Source of the DNA: a virus
Length of the DNA: 64,000 nucleotides
Strand: one strand, 5' to 3'
Virus record (IMG/VR): IMGVR_UViG_3300044838_000061
Location: 1 to 64,000 of that record
The notes beneath the pieces are model-generated. The model was not told the origin of the DNA. It ran no database searches and worked only from the letters and a program-made list of their open reading frames with translations. A program made the translations under genes and the position numbers. Positions 8,452 to 19,200 of the stretch are shown one piece after another; the stretch's first letter is position 1, and each line of letters opens with the position of its first letter.

Positions 8452-10424
8452 GCGAGCACCGGAGGGTCAATGGTCAAATAGTGGGCCGGATCGGAGATGA
8501 CGCGCTGGCCGACCGCGAAGTGTCTGGCTACGCGCCGGGCCGAGAGCGCGCCGTTGTAGAGGACGACTTCTGACAATAGGTCGACCCCCGAGACAGAGCC
8601 GAACGCGCCTGCGTAGAGCGACTGTCCGGCGTCTGCCACTGCCTGCGCGCCGAGCGCTCCCTGAGCGATCTGAACCCCGTTTAGGTAGAGCCTCATCGTC
8701 CCGCGAAAGCAAGTCGCGACGGCGTGTAGTGGGACCAGCGGGACGGTCCCACCAGTCAGGATCACCGAGGAGCTTCCGTTCCCGAGCTCGAAGGAGAGCT
8801 GTCCGTTACGGAGGGTGAATGCGTACGGCGCGGCGAACGTGTTGGCGGGATTTCGCTTTCCTAGGATCCCGGCGGTCTCCGACGCCGAATACGGCATCAG
8901 CCACGCCTCGATCGAGATGTCACCGACGATGCGGAGGGGCGCTGTGTCAGATATCGCCATGTTCGCGCCTGATAAGACGGAGGACGCCGCTGCTGGATCG
9001 CCTTGGATCAATGCCGGTCCGAGCAGCCTGTTGGGCACGCCAATCGGAGCGCCGGGCTGGCCGAGTAGGCACGCTGGCTGGATCGCCACGGTGTACAGGT
9101 ACATTTGGTGGCCGTTCGCGTCCGTGACCGCGCGGGCTGTGCTCACCCCGGCGCCCACCTGGTTGGCCGTGTCGTAGGCGATCCCGACTGCCGGGCCAGC
9201 GGCCGTTTGCTGCCCTTGTGAGGTGCAGGCGGCGGCGAAGGTGAACGAGTCGGCTGCCGCGGAGTTGGTGTCCGCGATGGCGATCGTCAGGAGCGCGCAG
9301 CCGCCTACCGTCGTCGTGACGGTAGGTGAGCTTCCGCCCGAAGCGACCTGATGCGCGCTGGCGCTCGCGTTGATCGGGGCCGTCTGGCTCGCTCCAGTCC
9401 AGCGGGCGATGACCCCCGACGCTAAGGCACTGCTAAAGCCCCAAGCGTAAGACGCCGGTTCGGTCGCCCCGGCAACCTTGTAGAAGAGCTGACTATTGTC
9501 GATTGAGCCGTTGGCATCCGCTCGCAGCGGGGTCCAGCCCGCGAGCGTGGCGACGGTATTACCGACGGCGAACGCGGCGATCAGCAGGTCGCCCTGGACC
9601 GTTCCGGCTGGCTTGTTGATCGTCAGCGTGCCCGAAGTGGACTCCGCCCCGGCCGTCGCGGCCGCGGCTACCGGACCGACCCCGTTCGTGTACGTCCCGT
9701 TGTTCGTGCCCTTCACGTCTGCGGCGACGGTGCCGGAGGACTCCCCAAGCGGCCAGAGGGAAACGAGTGAGGACTCCGCGAGGACGGTCTGGCGGTAGTT
9801 CGTCGCGTTGTAGTGCGCGGCCACCTGGCCCGCGGAAAGAACGCTGCTGAACTTCGAGATGTACTCAAGGTTGCCCGGAAGGTTGCTGCCGCCGCCAGTG
9901 TTGGCGGCGATAGTGAACGCTGTTGATCCGACCGACCACGCAGCGGGCGTGGACGTGCCCGACGGACTCCCGTCGATGTAGAAGCACATCGTCGTACCGT
10001 CGAACGTGATCGCCCAGTAATGCCATGCCCCCATCGTGAACATCCCGGACGATTGTGTGTTATCGGCCGCCGACCACTGCAACTTTGCGTTGCCGCCGCT
10101 AACGGAGATCTCAACGACTCCCGCGCCGCCTCTCCCAACGATGTAGGTGCCGTTGGCCATTGATGACGGCGGCTTCCACCAGCCCGAGATCGACCAGCCC
10201 CCGGCAGGCGGGAACATCAACGCTGAGTTGTACGGCACGCTCACGTACCCGCTGGCCCCGTCGAGCAGTACCGAGGTCGCGGGAATGGCGTTGTAGACGC
10301 CCAGCAGTCCGTACCGAGCGGCCCAGTCGGCCGCTTGGATAGTTCCCGCGATGTCGTTCTGACGCCAATAGCCGACAATGGTCGGCTCGCGACGAATCAT
10401 CGTGTAGTAGTCGCTCGCCGCCAT
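8448..10424 (-). CDS. LamG/concanavalin-like tail (receptor-binding) protein
   Basis: Two LamG cores (WHYWAITFDG..FYIDG; LHAVAT..MRLYLNG..EVVLYNGALS) plus an internal beta-rich domain. Confidence 0.8.
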   Translation of the reverse strand: MAASDYYTMIRREPTIVGYWRQNDIAGTIQAADWAARYGLLGVYNAIPATSVLLDGASGYVSVPYNSALMFPPAGGWSISGWWKPPSSMANGTYIVGRGGAGVVEISVSGGNAKLQWSAADNTQSSGMFTMGAWHYWAITFDGTTMCFYIDGSPSGTSTPAAWSVGSTAFTIAANTGGGSNLPGNLEYISKFSSVLSAGQVAAHYNATNYRQTVLAESSLVSLWPLGESSGTVAADVKGTNNGTYTNGVGPVAAAATAGAESTSGTLTINKPAGTVQGDLLIAAFAVGNTVATLAGWTPLRADANGSIDNSQLFYKVAGATEPASYAWGFSSALASGVIARWTGASQTAPINASASAHQVASGGSSPTVTTTVGGCALLTIAIADTNSAAADSFTFAAACTSQGQQTAAGPAVGIAYDTANQVGAGVSTARAVTDANGHQMYLYTVAIQPACLLGQPGAPIGVPNRLLGPALIQGDPAAASSVLSGANMAISDTAPLRIVGDISIEAWLMPYSASETAGILGKRNPANTFAAPYAFTLRNGQLSFELGNGSSSVILTGGTVPLVPLHAVATCFRGTMRLYLNGVQIAQGALGAQAVADAGQSLYAGAFGSVSGVDLLSEVVLYNGALSARRVARHFAVGQRVISDPAHYLTIDPPVLA

Positions 10425-10427
10425 TCC

Positions 10428-13232
10428 CTAATTCCAACTGCCGCGGTAAAACATGAGCAGCTTCGTGTTGGTCGAGTAGCTCGATCCGGCGATGAAGACG
10501 TCGTTCCAGTTCGGCTCGAGCCACATCCACTGCGGGATCGACGTGATTAGGTACTGCTTCTGGGAGGTCCCGGACGAATTGACGAGGGTCCTGGCCGCGC
10601 AGTCGAAGGCGAGGTAGTCGCCGTCGGCGAGAACTCCCGTCCAGTTGATCTGCTGCCCATTGGTCAGGTTGAGCAGGATGAGGTTGGAGATCGCCCCGTA
10701 GACCACGATCAGCGGTCGTTCGGGCGCGGTGCCACGGTTCCTGACGAAGAGGATCTGGTTCTGTAGTTGGACGCTCCCAGGGATGATCGTGCGCGCCGTC
10801 AGGGGTGCGGTGAGGGGTGCCCCGAACCCCAGCTGCGTCGTGTTCCCAGACGTCGGCACGAGGACCTGACTGTGGCTTTGCGTCGAGCACTTCGCGTATG
10901 GCTTACTCGTCCTGACGGTGACTTGGAAGGACCGCTTGAACTGCGTCATGGAGTCCTGGGACTCCTTGATCGACGGCTTCGTGACCGGCTTAGCCCAGAA
11001 CGACACGTCTGCGGGACAGATCGACGCCGCCCGGAAGTCATCGAGCGCCCAGTTCGTCCCAACCGTCTGCGCCCCGAACCCGACCTGAGAGAGAACCTGG
11101 TCCCCGTAGGAATCGGCGTCTGACCCCGTCAGTGACGCCGAGACCGTGAATGTCGGCAGTGTGCTCTCGGACGGCGGAGAGGCCCAGAGTTCGCCCGTGA
11201 CGTAGTCCCCGTCTTTCCTCGCGCGCAGCCAGATTGACTGCCCTTGCACGACCCCAGTCACGAGTGTTGTCGCGAGCACGGTCATCACGCCGGCGTCCAC
11301 CACGGCGATAGTGATCGTCGGCGTTCCCGAAGCGACGTTGTAGGAGACCTGGAGGTAGTTGTTGGCGTCGACGAGGCACGGGGCGACGTAGGCCGTCGAT
11401 GCGTCGGTGGTCGACCCGACGACGATTCGTACGGTGGTGACGGCGTCTCCCCACAGTCGGTTATCAGCGCTGCGCATCAGCATCACGTTCGAGGTCGTGA
11501 GCCACTGGAGGACGCCGCCCGAGACGGCCAGCGAGGCCGAAGACCCGATCGTTGCGGTGTAGTTCTGGAGCGTCTGTGGGTCGTCAAAGGTGTCGTAGAC
11601 GTCGAACCATCGGAATTTCATCGGTGCCTCACTCAGCGGTGCGAACGCTGCCTTCAGGTCGCGCTCAAGCCTCTTACAGACCCCGAGCGACCCGGCTTGG
11701 ATGTCGCCCGAGATGACGAACGTATTGTGAGTCGGGATCATCTCTCGGCCAGCAAGATAAAGATGGTTCGGAGAATCAACCGAAATGCATCTAACTGGCC
11801 GACTTGCCACTGACTTCACTTCTACGATGTATCGGAATCGCTCGACTTCGGGATATTTGAACGCCGCGCGACGGGCGCGCCAAGTTTCTGTCTTGCGACT
11901 CAGCCAAAATACATTATCGTTCGGAACGAAACTCACATTCCATTGTGGACCGCATACCGTTCCGTCCCTTCTCTTTGATACACCTTGTCTGATTACCGCC
12001 CGATATCCAAGTGATAGGACTAATTCTAATACGTCATTAGCTAGACGCTCATTTGTGTTATCAAATTCGACCCTGCCGGAATCTCCAACTGTGCCATCAG
12101 TATCCAACAATCCAGCAAGCAGCGCACGACGTTGCTTGATGGATGACTGCATATATTCGCGTGGAATATGTTTGTTGCGCTTTGATTCTTTCTTGCTCAA
12201 AAGTCCCATTTTACTTAGAGCAGCACCGAGTCCATGAGAGTAAGGGGGCGTTGAACGGACAATCCATTCAAGTGCTACGGGTGTCCGAGTGACCTTGTAA
12301 CCATCGCGTCGAATGTAGTCGATGATTTCCTCATCCCATTCCGGCACGTATAATTTGGGAAAGTATGAATTACCATCTCCAAGCCATGCGCCGAGGGTAT
12401 ACGGCCTGATAGGAAGATCACATTCTGAGTATCTAAGTGGACCTGCTATACGTATGGCATGGTTTGTGTCGCCATTTGACACTCGCAGAGTTGCGCTGAT
12501 CTCTTTAGTCGTATGAATTGCTGAGCTATGTATGTGTCCAGAATCCTTCAGCCTTTGGACTCGATAAGTCGCCGCAGTTTCGGCAGCCTCTACTTCAGTA
12601 TCAAAAACACCGAGATCACGCCGAAAATATCCACCGTGGTATGCAACCCACTGATTGCCTTCAGACCTAACTCCGCGGTATCGTGAGGATGCTTTGTCGC
12701 GGCGGCCGGCGTGTGTATTGCGCAACAGTTTGCGCGCCGCCGCTAGCCTGATCCTAGACTTCAGATCGACCGTTGCCCACCGATGATCTGCGTCCGCGAT
12801 TATGCAAGATCGACTTACGTCAGTCTTCCCAGATGAGAACCAAACTTCATAACAAGGTCGACCACTAGGCTGTGGATAAACGCTGATGACATTGCAAGGT
12901 TCGCCCTTATCATCAAAGACTTGATCTCCTACACGAAGATCCTTCATCAATCTCCAACCATTGGGGGTAGGGATAGGTGTTTCGTCGTCTAGTGCGCGCC
13001 CGCGGTACCAAGAGTCGTAGACGAACTCCCCCTCGTCACCGGGCACGACCTCGCGCGAGTCCGTTATGTCCGCCCCGTCGAGTCCCGTGATACTCGTGAC
13101 GCGGATCCGGTCCGCCTGATGGCGGTCGTTGATGACGTACCCGTTGTACTCGATGAACGCCTGTACCCCGAACGACAGCGGAGAATCCCAGGGCGCTGTC
13201 TGGTGTGAGTAGGTACGTGAGGCGACGGTCAC
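10428..13232 (-). CDS. distal-tail (Dit)-like protein interrupted by an intein
   Basis: Directly follows the tape measure; Dit-like N-terminus and C-terminal NRGTAPERP...WLEP; intein at residues 80-503. Confidence 0.8.
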   Translation of the reverse strand: MTVASRTYSHQTAPWDSPLSFGVQAFIEYNGYVINDRHQADRIRVTSITGLDGADITDSREVVPGDEGEFVYDSWYRGRALDDETPIPTPNGWRLMKDLRVGDQVFDDKGEPCNVISVYPQPSGRPCYEVWFSSGKTDVSRSCIIADADHRWATVDLKSRIRLAAARKLLRNTHAGRRDKASSRYRGVRSEGNQWVAYHGGYFRRDLGVFDTEVEAAETAATYRVQRLKDSGHIHSSAIHTTKEISATLRVSNGDTNHAIRIAGPLRYSECDLPIRPYTLGAWLGDGNSYFPKLYVPEWDEEIIDYIRRDGYKVTRTPVALEWIVRSTPPYSHGLGAALSKMGLLSKKESKRNKHIPREYMQSSIKQRRALLAGLLDTDGTVGDSGRVEFDNTNERLANDVLELVLSLGYRAVIRQGVSKRRDGTVCGPQWNVSFVPNDNVFWLSRKTETWRARRAAFKYPEVERFRYIVEVKSVASRPVRCISVDSPNHLYLAGREMIPTHNTFVISGDIQAGSLGVCKRLERDLKAAFAPLSEAPMKFRWFDVYDTFDDPQTLQNYTATIGSSASLAVSGGVLQWLTTSNVMLMRSADNRLWGDAVTTVRIVVGSTTDASTAYVAPCLVDANNYLQVSYNVASGTPTITIAVVDAGVMTVLATTLVTGVVQGQSIWLRARKDGDYVTGELWASPPSESTLPTFTVSASLTGSDADSYGDQVLSQVGFGAQTVGTNWALDDFRAASICPADVSFWAKPVTKPSIKESQDSMTQFKRSFQVTVRTSKPYAKCSTQSHSQVLVPTSGNTTQLGFGAPLTAPLTARTIIPGSVQLQNQILFVRNRGTAPERPLIVVYGAISNLILLNLTNGQQINWTGVLADGDYLAFDCAARTLVNSSGTSQKQYLITSIPQWMWLEPNWNDVFIAGSSYSTNTKLLMFYRGSWN
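11724..12995 (-). mobile_element. class 3 intein (424 aa) with LAGLIDADG endonuclease and AP2 domain
   Basis: Starts ALDDETPIPTPNGW; block B ADADHRW; block F VRCISV; ends IPTHN|T; LGAWLGDG and LLAGLLDTDG; visibly more AT-rich than the flanks. Confidence 0.93.
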
Positions 13233-13235
13233 CCT

Positions 13236-16200
13236 CTACAGAGCTCCACTGACCTCGTGCGCCAGCTGCTCGCCGATGATCGACGGGTCGAGCGAGGTCG
13301 TCGGGGCGTGGTTGATGTTCAACTCGCCGATGGTTGGCGGAGTCGTGCCCCCGGTTACGCCAGTGAAGGTCGGAGCGATCGACGGTGCGGATCCGGCCGG
13401 GAGCGACGCCTGGAACTGCGGCAGGAGGTTCCCCATCCCGCTGAAGATCGCGGTGCGGAATGAGGACCACGCGCTCGTCGACCACTGCTGGGGCTGGAGC
13501 AGCTGTCCGTTGAGCGTCGCGAGCTGCTGGTTATTCTGGGCGATGGCCCCGGTGTTTGACTCCAGACTGCTGATGAGTCCCTCGAACGTGCTGATCCACG
13601 CCGCGTCGTGGCCCGACTCGATCCCCGAGATGTTGGCCCCCGAGAGTGCGGTGACGAATTGCTGGGGGGTAGACGCCTGTCCGAGCAGCGACGCGAGTCC
13701 GGACGCTCCATCCCCGAGCTGACCCAGTTGTCCTAGGAGTCCAGTGTTCGTTCCCTGGAGGCTGGTGTTGCTCATCGACGTGAGCGCCTTCAAGGACGCG
13801 ACATCGGTGAAGCCTGTCGTCTGCCCGATGGTCTGGATGATCTGTCCGAGACCACCAAAGACGCCGGTCTGGAACTGGCCCCGGGACTGGATGTACTGCG
13901 CGGTCTGGTTGACGACCTGAGCGGTGTTGTCCTGGAGAGCTAGGTCGTTCTGTGCCAGTTGCGCGGTCAGCCCGTCGATCGTCTGAGTCAGCGTCGCGAC
14001 CGCCCCCGTGTCCCCGGCGGCGCTGGCCTGGACGAGGAGCGAGTTGTAGGACTGGAGCTGGCCCTGAAGACTCGACTGGTTGAGTTGAAGGGCCTGGAGG
14101 TTTGTCGCCCCGGCCGCGGCGAACTGTCCGGGAGTCGAGGCCGACTGGGTCATCGTTTGGGAGATCGACTGAAGCTCGGAGACCTTGGCCTGCTGGGTCT
14201 GGGCAGTTTGCTGGACGGCCGAGATCGAGTCTTGGATCATCTGGGCCGTCATCTGCACAACTGATCCCTGAAGCTGTGCGATCTCCTGCTCGATCTGCGA
14301 CGCGAGCCCTTGGTCACCGCCGGCCACGGCCTGCGCGAGAACCGCCTGAAGCGACGTGATGTGCTGCTGTGTCGTTTGGATGATGGCCGCGTCGATGCCT
14401 GGTAGGAGGCTCAGCTGGCCGAGGGACTGCGCCGCCGACTGGATCGCCGACTGCTGCGCGGATTTGGTCTGGAAGGTCTGCTCGACGGCGGAGAACTTGT
14501 CTTGGACCATCTGGATCGTGGCCTGGCCGACTGTCTGGTTGAGCTGAGCGATCTCCTGCTCGATCTGCGCGACGAGGTCAGCGTCGTGCATCTTCTTGGC
14601 CTCTTGAAGAGGCTTCTGGAGCGCCGATATCTGGTGCTTGGCGGACTCGGCCAGCGCCTTGTCGATGGACTGGAGCGCGCCGTACTGGCCCTTACTCTGG
14701 GCGGTCGACTGGGCCGCCTGTATCTGGGTCTGCTGGGTCTGGTAGACGTCGCTGACCTGATTCAGGGTGTCCTGTACGTACTGCTGCTCGGCCTGGAAGG
14801 TCGTCGTGATCTGGGAGTTGATCGAGTTGTTGAGGCCCTCCTGCTGCTGGACCAGGAGCGTGTAGGCACTCTCCAGCTTCTTGACCGTGGAGTCCTTGGT
14901 TGACTTGGAGAGGCGCGACCGGCGTACCTTCGAGATCCTTGACTTGACCTCGTTGATCGCCTTGGTGGTCGCCTCGGCCTCGCGGCGGAGGTAGTCCGTC
15001 TCCTCTACCGAAGCGCGCACCCCCAGCGCGTCCAGCTCGGCCTGACCCGTCTCCCCGATGTGTCCCGTACCGGAGGTGACCGTTCCGACGCCAGCGACGT
15101 GCCTCGTAGTCAGGAGTCCTGCTCCCCTCAGTGACACGCCGCCGTAGCCGCTGCCGGCGAACCCAGCAGGTGTTCGGTGGGTCACACGTGCCACCGATGT
15201 CGGGCGAACACTCGCTGATCGGTACCCGATCCCCGTGATCCAGTTCGTTAGGTTGTTCTGGAAGCGCTGGAACGCGGCCGAGAGCATGTTGAGCGTCGAG
15301 TTTGGGTTGTTTGGGTCGGCGAACGCCTCCAGGAGCGTCCCGATCTTGTCCGTCTGTTTCTTGATCGGGAGCGCGTCTATCTTCGTGAAGGCGCGCACGA
15401 CTGCCTGGAATACGCCCGAGAGGACCTCGAGACCACTCGTGAGTGAACCGGGGTCGATCTTGAACAGGTTCGCCGAGACGCTCTGGAGGAAGCTTGTCGC
15501 CGACGACACGGTCTTGAAGTGCTTCGGTACCTGTCCACCTACATCGAAGTGCTGCCGCGGTGCCTCGCTGTCATAGCCTAGGTGGGAGTCGAGTCCGTGC
15601 GCTCCCATGCCCGTGATGCGCCCGAGCTCGTCCCACTGCGGCGGATTGACGACGCGCTCGCCCTCGTGCGCCATGATCGGCACCGGCTCGCCGCCCCACG
15701 GCGCTCGACCGCCACCTGCGAAGCGAAGGACGTGCTTGCGGAGGTGACGTAGGCCGATACGCCTCGCATGCCGAGTCAGGAGGCCCCCCGCCGCGTAACC
15801 CTGTGCGTAGGCGGCGTTAGCACCTGTAATGCGGTTTGACATCGCCGGGATACCAGCGCGCTCGAATCCCTGCTCAAAGATGGTCGCGGCGTCGCCCGGA
15901 CTCTTGGCAGCATTCATCGCCGCCTTCAGGCTCTCGATCTGAGGCAACATGGTCTGCATCTGGTGTAAGAGCGAGCCGCCTGAGCCAGACCCGAAGTTGC
16001 TGATCTGCTGCCACAGTCCGCCGCCAGCAGCGTTCGGGTCCATCGAGGACTCCTGGTAGGCGTTGCCGAGCATCCCCGCGATGGCGATCTTGTTGAACCC
16101 TGCGGCGCTCATGAACTGATCGACTTGTTTCTCGACCGAGCCGCTGAGCTTCACGTTCGGCATCCCGGCGCTACCGACGAACCTGGCGAGGTACTGGTTG

Positions 16201-19200
16201 GCGGCGTTGGTGACCTTGTTGACGACCCCCTGCGCGATGGCCCCCCACGCGCCTCCCACGCCTTTGACCTTCGGCGCGACGAGCTTCTGGATGGCCGCGA
16301 GTCCACCCGTGATGACACCGCGCTGCAGTCCGCTCAGGAAGGTGCGGAAGGACGACCCGGCAGGCGTTACCTGTCCTTCTTGGTAGCCGGTGGTCGCCAT
16401 CGCCATCGTCTCACCGCTGGCGGTCGCCCAGCCCGTCTCTATCCCGGACCCTGAGGTCGCGTAGTAGGCGATCCGCTGTCCCTCGCTGAGGGTTCGACCA
16501 ACCTCTGCCTGGAGGGAGCTGGTCGCGCGAGGGTCATTGGAGGGGATCCCGGGAACTCCGGTGATCTGCTCGGCGACGTAGACGTACTGTCCCGCGTCGG
16601 GTCCGCCCGTCAGCTGGTACCAGATGAGCGGCTGGCCGTTGTACCAGCCCGGCTTCACTCCCTCGACGTGGGCGTTCCCGATTACGCCGATCGGCGTTCC
16701 TGGCGCTAGGTCGACGTCAACGCCTTGGTCGGTGCGTCCCCAACTGACGTTCGCATTCCCGAAGGGCGACGTGTAGATACTCGCGTTTCCGACCAGTCCC
16801 CCCTTCGCGAGGTGCGGTGAGTTCTGGAGGTAGCGACTCAGGAGTGCGCGTTGGCGTGGTGCGTGTCGCGGGTCGGTGGTGAGGGTGACCTCATCGTGAC
16901 CGCCCTCCGCGACGTGGACCAGCCTGCCTCCGGGCTGCGCGGCGTTCCAGCCACCCTCCGCCTGCGACATCACGCCACCAGCGCTCAGCGTTCCGCCGAG
17001 TAGTCCCGCGATCACGTTACTTTGAGTGACAGGGTTGATCTGCCTCGCCCCAGTCCCGAGCGAGATCCCTCCCTGCCCGAGTGCCTTCAGGGCGTTGTCC
17101 AGCATCCGGTCAAGCTGGCCCATCGCCTTCCCGACGCCGCTGACGCCTAGCGCCGCGAGTGTCTGGATCTTCGTGAAGGCCGCAGCGGTAAGTCCGGTGA
17201 CTTGCTCGGTCCAGCCCTGAGTTCCCTGAATGAAGTTCGACGAGATCGCTTGGTTGTCCTGACTGAGTTGCTGCTGGATCTGGCCCATGACGTTCTTGGT
17301 TGTCGCGTCGAACCCGGTGAAGGTCGTCGCCCACTGCGCCCCCGACTTCTTCAGCGCGACGTTGAGGGGATTCAGCTCATTCGACAGCGCGCGGATCGCC
17401 TCGCGCTGTTTCAGTGTGAGGTCGGGCTGCTGACTGAGCTTCTGGACCAGCCCGTACATCGACTGGAGCTGGGAGTTGCTCAGTTGCGACGCGTCGGTGA
17501 CGCCCTTGAGTCCTTGTTGGAGCCGAGATAGGTCGGCGGTCGTTCGCGAGCCTTGATTTGACGACGTTGAGGACCCGAGCAGTCCGAGCGTGGCGAAGTT
17601 CGCGAAACTGCTAAGGCTGATCCCAGACTCATGCGAACCACCGACTGGGCCGAGCATCGACGCGAGATCGCCCTTTGTGCTCTTCCCGGCCGTGATGTTC
17701 TGACCGAAGGCGTTGGTCTTGTCTGCTAGGTAGGCAGCGGCGGCGATCGGGAGGACGCGCGTGAGGCCGAACCGGGCCGCTCCCACGCCCGCGGCGGCGC
17801 CGCCCGCTCCGACCTCAGCGGCGGGGACTCCGGCTCCGCCAGCTCCGGCCGCGACTCCGCCTCCGGCGGCCGTTCCACCGGCCGCGAGGATGGCGAGGTC
17901 GGCCTCCTCGGTGGTAATGAGCGTCGTCTGCTCGATGATCGCTGCGTCCACGGCCTGTTCGTCGGCTACCTGGCGCGCGGAGGACGCGTCGGTCGCTCCG
18001 GCTAGCTCCGTCTGTGCTGCGGCTACGTCGCGTGTGGCCTTGGCGCCCTTGGAGATGCGCGTCGTCAGCGCCTCCCACGCGGCCCCGATACGGTTCAGTA
18101 TCCCCTCGCCCTCCTGGAACGCCTTGAAGGCATCGAAGAATCCGTGGACGACGTTCGTCGCGGTCGTGACCAGCGATATGACGCGGTTCAGCACCATGAG
18201 TCCTAGGAACGCGGCGACTAGTCCGACGACTACTGCCTTCAGCGGGGCGACAGCGTCGAGCAACCTCATGAACTGGGTGACGAGGAAGCCGACCGTCGTC
18301 GCAAGGATTCGCGCCGCTGGCAGCACGATGTTGTTGAGCAGTCCCGCGAACGCTCGCAGTGACGTCAGGTTGAAGACTTGGATCAGCGATGACCCGACGT
18401 TGAACAGCACTCCGCCGATCAGGCCGAGTCCTTGGCGGGCGTCCGAGAAGAACCTGGTGACCTCGGGGCCGTGGTTCTGGACCCAGGTCGTAGCATCGTG
18501 AAGCGCCTCTGTGAAGCTCGTGACCGTCTTCATCCCCTGCGGGGCGGCGTCGTGGCCGAGCGCCTTGAACAGGTCGAAGGTGGCTCCGGCGAGGTGGGCG
18601 AAGTCCTCGGCCCACTTGGCGCCCTGGTTGAAGAACGACGTCAGCCGCGCCTGCCCTTGCGGCGTACGGTCGCGAGCATCCATCGCGTCCCAGAAGCGCG
18701 CCCAGTCCCCCGAGAGCTGCCTGAACGCCGGGGCCGCCGCCGTGGCGATGTCCTCGAAGACCTTCATCAGGCCCGTGATGGCCTTGGTGATGATCGGGAT
18801 GCTCTTGGTGGCGTCCTTCGACATCGTCTCGAAGAACGAGGTTCCTCGCTGACCGAACATGGTCTTCTCGAGGCCGCCGAACTCCTGTCCCATCGCCTTC
18901 GCGAGCGCGTTGATCGGCTGCATGAAGCTCTTGTTGCCGAGGAGCTGCTGGAGCCTCATTCCGGCGTCGAGGAACGGCGTGACGATGTAGTCGGTGATCT
19001 TCTTCAGTGGCGAACTGGGAGAGCGAAGCTGGGTCTCGAGGTTGTTGAGCATCGAGAACAGCGCCTTCTCGGGGGCCGACATCTGGCCCAAGAGGTATTG
19101 GAGCGTTCCCTGCTGCGACGTCATGTGGGACGCCGGCTGGGCGAGTTGAAGCTCGGTGATCCGCATTTGCCGCTGGGCGTTGGCGACCTGCTGCTGCGCC

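Noticed and set aside
13900-14800. QIEQEIAQL repeats in the tape measure
   Set aside because: Ordinary tape-measure helical repeats.
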